NCBI GenBank assembly: GCA_029864565.1 | Contig: JAOTTD010000002.1 | Span: 11,885-75,884 of the forward strand | DNA from: Thermoplasmata archaeon | GTDB taxonomy: Archaea > Thermoplasmatota > Thermoplasmata > UBA10834 | Direction: 5' to 3' | Length of the DNA stretch: 64,000 nucleotides | Shown here: positions 25,764 to 35,334 of the stretch, piece after piece | Numbering within the stretch: position 1 is the stretch's first letter | Layout: each line of letters begins with the position of its first letter | Position numbers and translations under genes: made by a program | Notes under the pieces: generated by a model | Told to the model about the DNA's origin: nothing | Database searches by the model: none | What the model saw: the letters and a program-made list of their open reading frames with translations, nothing else

Positions 25764-26519
25764 TCAACAGATCTCCTTCTCCCTGAACAAGTAGGCTCCG
25801 AACACGAGGAAGAATATCGTCAGCCCCAACAACACCGCCGCTGACCCGCCGAAGCCCGATGCATCGAATTCGCTGATATCCCCATGCTCGATCCACTCAG
25901 ACCCGATGCTTCTCAGATAATGCTTGATGGAGGCCTTCTGAATCGCGCCCGGAATCGACCCGATGAACCCCTCCCAAATGAACGCGTAGAAGAGTCCGAA
26001 GAACACTGGCTTCTTGAACAGAACGCTTGTCGCCAAAAACAGTGACGAGTAGACGAACGAGCCGATGACAACGAGGGCAGTGAACTCCGAGTATACTTCA
26101 AGGGCGGCTCCATTGACGCCATGCTGCAGGAAGAAACTCAGAAATCCGGCAGTTGTTATCGCTATCATCGATACCGAGACGGCCAGAGCCAACGGCAAGT
26201 AGTATCCGATGTACGCGAACACGCGGTCCAAAGGCGCTGTGGCCACGTGCGTTATGCTCTTGTTGTCAATCTCGTCACGGATGAGGGACGAGCCGAAAAT
26301 CATCGCCATCACGGGCATGAAGAAGAAGAGGATCAGGGCGTCCATCAGGTTGGCGCCATCCGGGAGAGCGTCCACATCCTGGGCTCCGGCGTAGCCCATG
26401 ACAGCAACCACGAACAACAACACAATGAGTGTTATGACCGCCTTCCTGCTGAGCAGCAAACCTTTGAGAGAGTGACTTGTTAGCGCGTATATCCCATTTA
26501 CAGCATTCTTCAGATTCAT
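25764..26519 (-). CDS. ABC-2 type transporter permease (COG1277-like), copy 2
   Basis: 251 aa, 6 predicted TM. SLIRDEIDNKSITHVATAPLDRVFAYIGYY is the typical post-TM1 loop of ABC-2/NosY-like permeases. Last gene of the four-gene operon. Confidence 0.8.
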   Translation of the reverse strand: MNLKNAVNGIYALTSHSLKGLLLSRKAVITLIVLLFVVAVMGYAGAQDVDALPDGANLMDALILFFFMPVMAMIFGSSLIRDEIDNKSITHVATAPLDRVFAYIGYYLPLALAVSVSMIAITTAGFLSFFLQHGVNGAALEVYSEFTALVVIGSFVYSSLFLATSVLFKKPVFFGLFYAFIWEGFIGSIPGAIQKASIKHYLRSIGSEWIEHGDISEFDASGFGGSAAVLLGLTIFFLVFGAYLFREKEIC

Positions 26520-26523
26520 GATT

Positions 26524-27474
26524 TCACCGACCTACCAGGTACTTGAAGATCGCTTCCAGGTTGTCATCCTGACTGTACATGCTGCTCACACTACAGTTGG
26601 CTTCGCCGATAAGAGCAGGCAGTCCGTTGAAGAAGTCCTCGGGCTTAGAGACCTGAACGGTGATGCCGCTCCTATCCTCGTTGAACGCAACTGACACAGT
26701 GTAATCCTCGTCGAGGAGCGCCTTGGCAAGAGCCGCGATTCCGTGCCCCTCGATTACGATATTGTGAGGGTGTTTGTCGATAAGGGTCCTGATCTCGGAA
26801 ATATCTCCAGTAGCTACCGTTCGTCCCTTGTACATCAAGGCCACATCATGAGTCATCCGCTCAATCTCGAACAGGACATGTGAGCTGACGATCACGTCGT
26901 GGTTATGTTCCTTGTTCAAACGCTTGGTCAGGTCAATTAGCTCCTTCCGGACGATCGGATCCGTTCCGCTCAAAGGTTCGTCGAGTATCAACAGCTGTGG
27001 GTCGTGAACGAGTGCTCCCGCAATCTTCATCCTCTGCTTCATTCCCTTGCTGTACCCTCCCGTCTTCCTGTCCATTGCGCGGCTCATCTCGACGAGTGAC
27101 GCGACCTCCTCAATACGCTTGGAGAGAGTTGTTCCTTCCATCGCATGAAGATGGCCGATCAGAGACAGAAACTCCCTCCCTGTCGAATCCGATGGGAGAG
27201 ACTCGTAATCAGGGCAGAAACCGATTTCCGAGTGCAGCTGCGAGTTGGCCCATGGCACCTGCCCGAATACCGAAATCCGCCCCGTGTTCGGCTTGATCAA
27301 ACCAAGCATGAGTTTGAAGAGCGTGCTCTTCCCGGATCCGTTCGGACCCACCACCCCGGTTATGCCCGGCTTGATCTCCAGATTGAAGTTGTTCAGGCCT
27401 ATGACCTCGCCGTACCATTTGCCGAGGGATTCGGCGACCATCACAGAACCTGACCCAGTTTCAGCTTCGATCAT
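26524..27474 (-). CDS. ABC transporter ATP-binding protein, copy 2
   Basis: Walker A GPNGSGKST, signature YSKGMKQRMKIAGAL, Walker B LLILDEPLSGTD, H-loop SSHVL. Confidence 0.9.
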   Translation of the reverse strand: MIEAETGSGSVMVAESLGKWYGEVIGLNNFNLEIKPGITGVVGPNGSGKSTLFKLMLGLIKPNTGRISVFGQVPWANSQLHSEIGFCPDYESLPSDSTGREFLSLIGHLHAMEGTTLSKRIEEVASLVEMSRAMDRKTGGYSKGMKQRMKIAGALVHDPQLLILDEPLSGTDPIVRKELIDLTKRLNKEHNHDVIVSSHVLFEIERMTHDVALMYKGRTVATGDISEIRTLIDKHPHNIVIEGHGIAALAKALLDEDYTVSVAFNEDRSGITVQVSKPEDFFNGLPALIGEANCSVSSMYSQDDNLEAIFKYLVGR

Positions 27475-28298
27475 TTGCCCACCGCCTGTCTCGTGATCTT
27501 CACATACACAACGACTGCTGGCACTATGATGAACAGTGCCAGGAAGGCGGCAAGCGCGCCTTTGTCTACGCCGGGTTCGAGTGCCACGCCGAATATCCAG
27601 TCAAATGAGAAGGCCAATGAATCAAACGGGCTGATCACAGACCATTCTGGCGCTGACGCGAACTCCGAGAACACGCTCGCGATTATCGTCAAGACGAAGA
27701 ACGACATGAACGTGCCGACCGCTGCGTAGCTCTTCCTCCTAGTAAACGAAGACATCATGATGCCGTAGGGCACGAAGAACACCGTTGCAAGTGCCCCGGC
27801 CAGGGCGGTCCGCCCAATCACCTTCAAGCTGTACCAGTAATCGTCACCGCTCTGAGTCACGGTCCCAATAACCGCTATGAGCAAGGGAGGAATCGCGCAC
27901 ATGAGACTCATGATTAGGAGTGCGCCAACGGCTTTTCCTGCGAGGTAATCCCTCGCTTTAAGCGCCCTGCTGAAGTACAGAACGAATGAGTTGCTGGACA
28001 GGTCCTCCGATATAAGGTCTGAAGTCACGACCGCGGCGAGCAACACGGCGAAAATGCCAAGAACGATGGCGTCGAGATTCGATCTCATCTCATCGGCCTC
28101 GAGCCTTTCATGTGGAGAGAAAACCACGGAGGTCAGCTGGAATGAGAACACGAAGAAGACCCCAAGGATCAGCAGTATCTTCACTCCCGTCGATTTCAGC
28201 CCGTGCTTGAACACGCTTCTGAGTATGACGTACACTCGCAGATTCTGAGCGCTCCTCGCTCCCTTCCAAGGGCGATACTGGATGGGACTAATCCCCAT
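27471..28298 (-). CDS. ABC-2 type transporter permease (COG1277-like), copy 1
   Basis: 275 aa polytopic. SDLISEDLSSNSFVLYFSRALKARDYLAGK loop motif. ATGA overlap with the downstream ATPase start. Confidence 0.8.
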   Translation of the reverse strand: MGISPIQYRPWKGARSAQNLRVYVILRSVFKHGLKSTGVKILLILGVFFVFSFQLTSVVFSPHERLEADEMRSNLDAIVLGIFAVLLAAVVTSDLISEDLSSNSFVLYFSRALKARDYLAGKAVGALLIMSLMCAIPPLLIAVIGTVTQSGDDYWYSLKVIGRTALAGALATVFFVPYGIMMSSFTRRKSYAAVGTFMSFFVLTIIASVFSEFASAPEWSVISPFDSLAFSFDWIFGVALEPGVDKGALAAFLALFIIVPAVVVYVKITRQAVGK

Positions 28299-29310
28299 TA
28301 TTGGAACCTCCCTTGAACGATCTCAGGAAGACCTCCTCGAGATCGAGTTTCTCTGGCCGATAATTCCTGATTTGGACGCCGCACTCGATCGCCAATCGGA
28401 AGACGGCTTTTCCGTCTCCGCATCCGCTGACTAGCAAGGATACCTGTCGGTCACTCTCATCTCCCCTCTCCATGATCTTGCAGACTGTGCCAAGGGCTTG
28501 TATGTAGCTCGCAATGGCTCCATGATCGCCTCTCAACGTCAGTGTCTGGACGTCCTCCTCGCCTGCCACAAGGACGCGCGTCTCTCCGGCGCGGATGAGC
28601 TTCCCGCTGCTGATTATGACGATGTAGTCGCAGACACGCTCGACCTCTTGGAGTATGTGAGACGACACAATGACCGTCTTCTCAGAGGAACCTATCCTCC
28701 TGATGAGGTCGAGCATCTCCTCCCGTCCCTGCGGGTCCATGCCGCTCGTGGGCTCGTCGAGAAAGAGCAGCGCAGGGTCATGGACGATTGCCTGCGCAAG
28801 TTTGACCCTCTGCTTCATACCCGTGGAATATGACTTGATCAGGCGGTATCGCTCCTCACCTATCCCGACGAAGTCCAAGACCTCGTGGCTCCTCTGCATC
28901 GAATCGCGAGACGCCATTCCAGATATCTGCGCCAGATACGTGACGAACTCCACGGCGTTCACAGACGACAGGAGACAGTCATGCTCTGGCATGTATCCAA
29001 CATCGTCTCTAATCTGCAGGCTTTGTGACCGCGAGTCCAAGCCGCCGACATATATGGACCCGCTTTCTGGTTGTAGAAGACCGAGAGAGGCTTTGATGAA
29101 GGTGCTCTTTCCTGCTCCGTTCGGACCCAGGAGGCCGACGGTTCCTCGCGGTATACTTGCTGTAAAGCCGTCGAGGGCTGTCACCTGACCGAAACGCACG
29201 GTAACTTTCCGCGCATCGAGCGGGCATGCGTCGGCGGCAACGGAGCCGCCGCTTACGAGCGTCTGGTCATCGGCAAGCCCATGAAGGCCAGCATCTGGAA
29301 TCACTGACAT
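28288..29310 (-). CDS. ABC transporter ATP-binding protein, copy 1
   Basis: Walker A GPNGAGKST, signature YSTGMKQRVKLAQAI, Walker B LLFLDEPTSGMD, H-loop SSHIL. ggagg lies 8 nt upstream of ATG 29310. Confidence 0.9.
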   Translation of the reverse strand: MSVIPDAGLHGLADDQTLVSGGSVAADACPLDARKVTVRFGQVTALDGFTASIPRGTVGLLGPNGAGKSTFIKASLGLLQPESGSIYVGGLDSRSQSLQIRDDVGYMPEHDCLLSSVNAVEFVTYLAQISGMASRDSMQRSHEVLDFVGIGEERYRLIKSYSTGMKQRVKLAQAIVHDPALLFLDEPTSGMDPQGREEMLDLIRRIGSSEKTVIVSSHILQEVERVCDYIVIISSGKLIRAGETRVLVAGEEDVQTLTLRGDHGAIASYIQALGTVCKIMERGDESDRQVSLLVSGCGDGKAVFRLAIECGVQIRNYRPEKLDLEEVFLRSFKGGSNNGD

Positions 29311-29358
29311 ATAGAACCTCCTGTAGTGACTATTTTAATCCGCTGCACGAACCTCGCG

Positions 29359-29368
29359 AATATATAAG
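29359..29368 (-). promoter_or_regulatory. TATA-like box for the four-gene ABC-2 operon
   Basis: The minus strand reads cttatatatt ~50-55 nt upstream of ATG 29310. Confidence 0.3.
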
Positions 29369-30074
29369 AATTCACATCCGACGCCACATGGTGCCAGGCT
29401 CCCTTGTCGCGCTTTAACGACTGCGTCCTCATGCGTCCAGCAACATCCTTGAGCGTTTCTCCGCCAAACCTTATGTTCTTCGAGAGGCGGCAAACCAGCA
29501 AGAAGAAGGCAATTGTCTGGGCTCGGGACCAGCACGACCATCTGCGCTGTCCTCCTCGGATGGGGCTTCAGGCCGTATGAGATCTGACATCTCCGACCAT
29601 TGGATTTGACTCTGACAGCCAATCCCGTGCTCTTGCCCAATCTCACTTCGAAGCCATTGCCAACTCGCTCAACCTGATATTAGCGCTCATCAACTCACGA
29701 ACAAGGGATTCCGTCACGGCCTCAGCGGTGCTGCGCGAGGAGGTGCTCTTGAATCTTGTGAGGTAGAGAATAGCGGTCCAAGCTAACGGCCCCTATTAAA
29801 CGATCACACTACACATATCTGGCGCGGTCATGGTCGCGATCAAGAAGCTCAGAACGGTCGTGGTCTAATCGTCTTCATGTCTACACCACGGACGCCAAAT
29901 GATTGACGAGAGAGTAAAGTATGGCTCCGCGTGATGGAGTGCCCAAGTACCTCGGGCTGCGGCGTGCGTTGCATTGCCCGATAAGGGTGATTACTTTCAC
30001 CAAGCCGTCGAAAGATATCTAAAACTCGCCTCCATATATCCCTGCTGCAGTTTCGAAACAGGAGGGCGATTGCG

Positions 30075-30425
30075 TTGAGGAAATCGGACGTTAAGACGGA
30101 GCAAGACGTCAAGGAGTATCTAAAGGGCTGGTCGGAGTTCGAGAGAGGAGTATATCTAGCGACGTTCAAGATACCGAAGGGGAAGGTTAGCACTTACAGC
30201 AGAGTCGCCAGAGCCATAGACAGACCCAAGGCGCAGAGGGCCGTGGCGAACGCGCTCCACAAGAATCCTCTGTACCCGGTTGTGCCTTGCCATCGAGTGG
30301 TCAAGTCGGACGGTGGTTTCGGAGGCGAGAAGACTGCTGCATCTGCAAGGAGAAGGCATGTTGAACGAGAGGGCGTTCCGACGAAGGATGGAAAGGTCGT
30401 GCTTACGGAGAGAATCCTATTCTGA
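30075..30425 (+). CDS. ogt: Methylated-DNA-protein-cysteine methyltransferase (MGMT/Ogt DNA-binding domain protein)
   Basis: Active-site PCHRVV, preceded by IPKGKVSTYSRVARAI and NALHKNP. 116 aa, short single-domain form. TTG start with atatat ~28 nt upstream. Confidence 0.8.
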   Translation: MRKSDVKTEQDVKEYLKGWSEFERGVYLATFKIPKGKVSTYSRVARAIDRPKAQRAVANALHKNPLYPVVPCHRVVKSDGGFGGEKTAASARRRHVEREGVPTKDGKVVLTERILF

Positions 30426-30445
30426 AGAGTCTGGAGATGATGTGA

Positions 30446-30925
30446 ATGGTAGAGGTACTGATAGTATATGATTCCAGGACTGGCAACACCGAAAGAATGG
30501 CTGACGCGGTGGCGGAAGGAGCGCGAGGAGTGGAGAAAGTGACCGCTTCTGTGGTCAATGTCGACAAGGCGAAGCTCGACGACCTTCTCGCTGCCGATGC
30601 GATCATCCTTGGATCGCCGACGTACTATGGAAGCATGTCAGGCAAGATGAAGGAGCTGATAGACAAGACCTTCAACATCCACGGCAAACTGAAGGGCAAA
30701 GTTGGAGGAGCGTTCACCAGCTCAGGCGGAACGGCTTGCGGCGCTGAGACCGCCTTGTTGGCCATGCTGCAGGCGCTGCTCATCCATGGAATGATAGTCC
30801 AGGGCAGACACGACGACAAGCACTACGGAGCAACGGCGATCGAGGCGCCCAGTGGCGATGAGATCGAATTTTGCCACGAACTGGGCAAGAGAGTGGCGTT
30901 GCTGGCGGCCGCACTCAAGAATTGA
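30446..30925 (+). CDS. Flavodoxin-like fold FMN protein (WrbA/NADPH-dependent FMN reductase-like)
   Basis: VLIVYDSRTGNTERMA, AIILGSPTYYGSMSGKMK, GGAFTSSGG are flavodoxin-fold FMN-binding loops. Confidence 0.8.
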   Translation: MVEVLIVYDSRTGNTERMADAVAEGARGVEKVTASVVNVDKAKLDDLLAADAIILGSPTYYGSMSGKMKELIDKTFNIHGKLKGKVGGAFTSSGGTACGAETALLAMLQALLIHGMIVQGRHDDKHYGATAIEAPSGDEIEFCHELGKRVALLAAALKN

Positions 30926-30945
30926 GGACAGTCGGAAGCATTTGT

Positions 30946-31365
30946 TCACGTTTCAAGCTGCAGAACGCCCACTTTCTTCACAGGGTCGAACTGTCTGCTC
31001 GAGCCGAGACCCTCGATCCTGAGAAGGCATATCTCGTTGCTCATCCAGACCTTGCCTCGCAGAAGGTGGCCCCCATATGCTGCGTGAGACTTGTCTGCCA
31101 CCGTGACATGGACATGGAGTCTCGGATCACCATCGACTGCCACGGATCCCTGCATGGAAAGCAACTCGTGTGCTTCCGTGAACGACTTCGTGATGTACTT
31201 TCCGCTATCGAAGTATCCAAGCTCGAAGTCCGATATCATCCCGAGCCCCGCGGTCAGCACCGTCGTTGACCCTTCGTTTCCTGCACCCAGGAGCACCGAT
31301 TCGAGAATATCCTCGCCATGTTCGAGCCGCAGAATCGTTACATTACCCTTTCGAGCCGTCTGCAT
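30946..31365 (-). CDS. PPC/DUF296 domain protein
   Basis: ILRLEHGEDILESV...GLGMISDFELGYF...HVHVTVADKSHAAYGGHLLRG fits DUF296 as remembered. Start is trimmed to ATG 31365, 2 nt after the rocD stop. The listed longer ORF overlaps rocD. Confidence 0.7.
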   Translation of the reverse strand: MQTARKGNVTILRLEHGEDILESVLLGAGNEGSTTVLTAGLGMISDFELGYFDSGKYITKSFTEAHELLSMQGSVAVDGDPRLHVHVTVADKSHAAYGGHLLRGKVWMSNEICLLRIEGLGSSRQFDPVKKVGVLQLET

Positions 31366-31367
31366 AC

Positions 31368-32645
31368 CTATCTCCAGTTCTGCATCGACGGACAAGAACA
31401 AGTGCATTGTGCCGTTGCGGGCCGAGGGTTCGGTTTCACACGGCAGCCCTCGAAGACCTTCTTGATTCGGTCGATCGCCCAATCGACCTCTTCCTCCGTG
31501 ATGGTCAGCGGAGGCGCGAACCTTATGGTCTTGTCGTGCGTGTCCTTTGCCAGGACTCCTTCCTCCATCAGCTTCTGACACACGGGTCGAACGGTTTCAC
31601 CTGGACCGAGCCTGAACTCAACCCCTATCAGCAAGCCCTTCGCACGTATCTCCCTTACCTCAGGGCAGCCAATCTCCTCCAGCTTCTTGACGAAGTATGC
31701 GCCCATTCTGGCCGATCGCTCAGCTAGCTTCTCCTCCACGAGCACGTCGAGGGCGGCATCGGCAATGGCGCATGCTAGCGGGTTACCGCCAAACGTGCTG
31801 CCATGTGAGCCTGGAGTGAACACCGAGAGGATTTCGCGTGATGAAAGCGCAGCCGATACAGGATACAATCCGCCTCCCAGTGCCTTGCCGACGCAGAGGA
31901 TGTCGGGCTTGATGCCTTCGTGCTCGAACGCGAACATCTTGCCTGTTCGTGCGAATCCCGTTTGAATCTCGTCGAGGATGAGCAGGATGCCCTTCTCGCT
32001 GCATATGCGCTTCAATTCCTTCAAGTAGTCTGGTGACGGGACGTTTATCCCAGCCTCTCCTTGGATGGGCTCAACGAGTATGCCTATCGTGCTCGGGTTA
32101 ATCGCCTTCTCGAACGCCATTATGTCGTTGTACGGAATCGTGACGAAACCTGGCGTGAACGGTCCGAAACCCTTCTTGGAGTCTTCGTCCGACGAGAAGC
32201 TGATGATCGTTGTCGTCCTTCCGTGGAAATTGCCTGCGCAGACAACAATTTCGCCCTCATTTTCTGGAATGCCCTTCTTCTGATAGCCCCAACGCCTAGC
32301 CAGCTTGATGGCGGTCTCGACCGCCTCGGCGCCAGTATTCATCGGAAGAGCCATCTCCATACCGCTGAGGTTGCAGAGCTTCTTCAGGAACGGCCCCATC
32401 CGGTCGTTCGAGAATGCCCTCGAAGTGAGGGACACTCTCTCGAGTTGCTCAGTGGCCGCCTTCACTATCCTGGGATGAAGATGACCTTGGTTGATCGCCG
32501 AGTACGAACTCAGCATGTCGATGTATTTCTTGCCATCGACATCCCAGACCCATACACCCTTCGCCTTCGATATCACAACCGGGAGCGGATGGTAGTTGTG
32601 CGCCCCGTAAGTCTTCTCAATCTCAATGTACTCCCTTGCTGACAT
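31368..32645 (-). CDS. rocD: Ornithine aminotransferase (class III PLP aminotransferase)
   Basis: YGAHNYHPLPVV, SSYSAINQGHLHP, NTGAEAVETAIK, LILDEIQTGFARTG, PLP-lysine context VGKALGGG, STFGGNPLA. Confidence 0.9.
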   Translation of the reverse strand: MSAREYIEIEKTYGAHNYHPLPVVISKAKGVWVWDVDGKKYIDMLSSYSAINQGHLHPRIVKAATEQLERVSLTSRAFSNDRMGPFLKKLCNLSGMEMALPMNTGAEAVETAIKLARRWGYQKKGIPENEGEIVVCAGNFHGRTTTIISFSSDEDSKKGFGPFTPGFVTIPYNDIMAFEKAINPSTIGILVEPIQGEAGINVPSPDYLKELKRICSEKGILLILDEIQTGFARTGKMFAFEHEGIKPDILCVGKALGGGLYPVSAALSSREILSVFTPGSHGSTFGGNPLACAIADAALDVLVEEKLAERSARMGAYFVKKLEEIGCPEVREIRAKGLLIGVEFRLGPGETVRPVCQKLMEEGVLAKDTHDKTIRFAPPLTITEEEVDWAIDRIKKVFEGCRVKPNPRPATAQCTCSCPSMQNWR

Positions 32646-32732
32646 ATTCTCGGCCTCCGCGCGTTTGCGCGCTACGCCCTCGATGTGGACTTCGAAACAA
32701 CACCGTCCCTTAAAAGCCTTTTACGGGACGCC

Positions 32733-33335
32733 CTATGTCGTTGCCAGGTTCGCAGGACGCCTGCCCTCGATGAACAGCAACGCTGAGACCACGGCACCCC
32801 AGGCTAGCAGACTGAATACGGCTATCGTTTCCGCAAAGGGTTCTGGCCCGCACATGGCCACGACGACAACCCCCGTCGTAAAGGAGACTGCATTGACAAG
32901 CAGGACCGGATCCGCCAGTGACCGCCTGACGATGAATCGCGCAGTGGCAAACACACCGAATGAGAGAAAAGCAGTCACGAAGAACGCGTACGAGACAACC
33001 AGATGGGCGTCACCAGCATCTTCCGTGAAGACGCCAACACCAGCAAGGAACACGCCTGAGAGCGCCAACAGTGCGTCTCCCGTCTTCATCAGGTTGTTCG
33101 CACCGAAGTAGGAGGCGAAACCTCCGACGGCAAACGCCACGAGTAAGCACCCTGCGGATATCACGGCGGAGTTGAACGCCCAAGCGCCAGGGCCTACGCC
33201 GAGATCGCTGAGGTAGCTCTCGAAGATTACGTATTCGGGATCCTTTGAGGTAGCGACTATGAAAAGAACGATGAAGAGGGCGCATCCGATAGGAGCGCAT
33301 GCGAGGCTGGTCCGAATCATCGCAGCGGATGTCAC
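32733..33335 (-). CDS. DUF998 family membrane protein
   Basis: ~6 TM helices with the YLSDLG motif after TM1, characteristic of DUF998 as remembered. Confidence 0.6.
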   Translation of the reverse strand: MTSAAMIRTSLACAPIGCALFIVLFIVATSKDPEYVIFESYLSDLGVGPGAWAFNSAVISAGCLLVAFAVGGFASYFGANNLMKTGDALLALSGVFLAGVGVFTEDAGDAHLVVSYAFFVTAFLSFGVFATARFIVRRSLADPVLLVNAVSFTTGVVVVAMCGPEPFAETIAVFSLLAWGAVVSALLFIEGRRPANLATT

Positions 33336-33375
33336 GGGCTAAGTCATTCGATCCGATTCATATAGCAATTGCGCT

Positions 33376-35214
33376 CTACAAACGTGTGTCTTCTGAAATG
33401 GTCTTCAAGACACCGTAAACGGGCTTTGGCACATCGGGAAGATCATCACCTTGGTTGGTTGGCTCGTCAATCTGCTTGGAGAACGAATACACCTTGGTTG
33501 GTATCTCGAACCCCTCGATGTAGAGTTTCTTATAGGCCCAGTTGGTGAGTGCAGCGGCGAGTATCCCGTAGGCAATTGCGACGACCACGCTCAATTGCCA
33601 GACATAGTTCCAGGTCGAGACTATCAGCATGACCGACACTAGTGCTCCGAATATCATCCTCGTGATCAGGTTGACGATGGGGGTTCTGTCATTCACTCCA
33701 ACGCCGATGTTGTTGTAGTTGACATGGCGCACTATCTCAGCCACCTCGTACCGTATCACGAAGTAAAGCGCGCCCGCGATGACACCATCGACGGCGAGGA
33801 AGGCGATGTGCAGCATCGAGTCGGTCATCAATACCGCGGCGGAAACGAGCACGAAGGCAAACAGCAGCATGCCCGTCATTCTGGTTCCTTTGAACATCTT
33901 CAGGGATGAAGGCATCACCACCTTACCAAGCGTCCTGGACACCACGGCTCCAGAGAACTGCATATGCCTCGGCACTATGCGAGACAAGCCGTTGGCGAAC
34001 CTGACGGAGTTCTTGACCATGAACGGCGCGACGGCGCTCATGCCGAAGCAAAGTGCGCCCGCGAAAGGGTTGAGCTGAGCGCCCATCGTTGCTCCCCTGA
34101 CCTCACTACCCACGCTGGCGTATAGTATCGACTCGACCCCTCTCCCACACATGCTCGTGCCGATAGTGGAAGCGGCCTTCGCCGAGAAGCCGATGAAGTA
34201 GGATACGGCGGAGATGACAATCGTCTCGTAGAAGACTATTATCGGCATAGCTAGCAGGACCATCCAGATGACGGTGTCGAACATAGCCGGGTCAATCATC
34301 ATGCCGAACGACGTGAAGAATATCGCCACAAACGCGTCCTTGAACGACTCGAGCTTCGATTGTATTCTTGCCGAGACCTTGCTCTCTGCCAGGATCATGC
34401 CTATGAAAAAGGCCCCTATGATCGGCGGGACGTTCAAGAGTGACGCGACGCCTGCCGTGAGGAAGACTATCCCCAGGGCGAACAATATGAACAGCTCGTC
34501 ATTGTCGATCCTGTTGAAGAAGGCCACGACCCTCGGGACCGCCCACATGGCAACCCAGACGAAGAACCCATAGAACGCCGCCATCCCCAGCAATAGTTGG
34601 CCGTAGGCGACGGCGTTCGTCTCCGGTTCGATTATCATGCCGCTCGCCACGGCGAGTATGAGCATGGCAATGAACGTCTCGACGACGACGAGCCCTATCA
34701 GGAACTCGACTTCGGGGCTCGACATTCTCTTTAGGTCGAACAGGATTTTCATAGCGACGCTCGTGCTGCTCATCGCTATGACGCCTGCGAGGAATATCGA
34801 GTCTATCAGCGGCCATCCGAGGTACGACGCGAACAAGAAGCCCACGAAGAGGCCGATGCTGGTATCAATGATGGCCAGAATTATAGCGGGGGTCTTTGTC
34901 TTCTTGAGCTTGGAGAAGGAGAATTCGAGCCCGACGAAGAACATCAGCATGATAAGGCCCATGAACGACAGCACCTCGACGAGGCTGGTGTCGCTAATCA
35001 GGCCGTGATACTCCACGCCGAACAGCTCAAAGGTCATCTTGGGACCTATGAAGATACCTAGCACTATGTAGCCGACCATGACGGATTGGTTGGCTCGGCC
35101 TGCCATGGTCGCCGCTAGGAACGCTAGCAGAAGAATCGCTCCAAGCTGAAATAGCAGCTCGGCTTCCGTGACCATATCTTCGACCCCATCCCGTCTTAAG
35201 GAAGATGATGTCAC
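33376..35214 (-). CDS. Cation:proton antiporter (CPA2 / Na_H_Exchanger) with extra C-terminal membrane module
   Basis: LLFQLGAILLLAFLAATMAGRANQSVMVGYIVLGIFIGP is the typical CPA N-terminus, with ~11-12 TM. The last ~200 aa add further TM helices instead of a KTN/TrkA domain. Confidence 0.85.
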   Translation of the reverse strand: MTSSSLRRDGVEDMVTEAELLFQLGAILLLAFLAATMAGRANQSVMVGYIVLGIFIGPKMTFELFGVEYHGLISDTSLVEVLSFMGLIMLMFFVGLEFSFSKLKKTKTPAIILAIIDTSIGLFVGFLFASYLGWPLIDSIFLAGVIAMSSTSVAMKILFDLKRMSSPEVEFLIGLVVVETFIAMLILAVASGMIIEPETNAVAYGQLLLGMAAFYGFFVWVAMWAVPRVVAFFNRIDNDELFILFALGIVFLTAGVASLLNVPPIIGAFFIGMILAESKVSARIQSKLESFKDAFVAIFFTSFGMMIDPAMFDTVIWMVLLAMPIIVFYETIVISAVSYFIGFSAKAASTIGTSMCGRGVESILYASVGSEVRGATMGAQLNPFAGALCFGMSAVAPFMVKNSVRFANGLSRIVPRHMQFSGAVVSRTLGKVVMPSSLKMFKGTRMTGMLLFAFVLVSAAVLMTDSMLHIAFLAVDGVIAGALYFVIRYEVAEIVRHVNYNNIGVGVNDRTPIVNLITRMIFGALVSVMLIVSTWNYVWQLSVVVAIAYGILAAALTNWAYKKLYIEGFEIPTKVYSFSKQIDEPTNQGDDLPDVPKPVYGVLKTISEDTRL

Positions 35215-35334
35215 CTACTTGCTCGAAGAATCGGCGTCATCCCATCCGCGGCGTTAATGGCAATCGTCCGTACTTATACCTTTTTCACTGAGTAAGCTGG
35301 CCAGTGTTTCCGCAGAGCAGCTACGCTGCTCCGC

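Noticed and set aside
31366-31581. N-terminal 72 codons of the listed 211-aa ORF for the DUF296 protein
   Set aside because: This part overlaps the 3' end of rocD and is Gly/Arg-rich. The DUF296-like sequence begins at the internal Met at 31365, 2 nt after the rocD stop.
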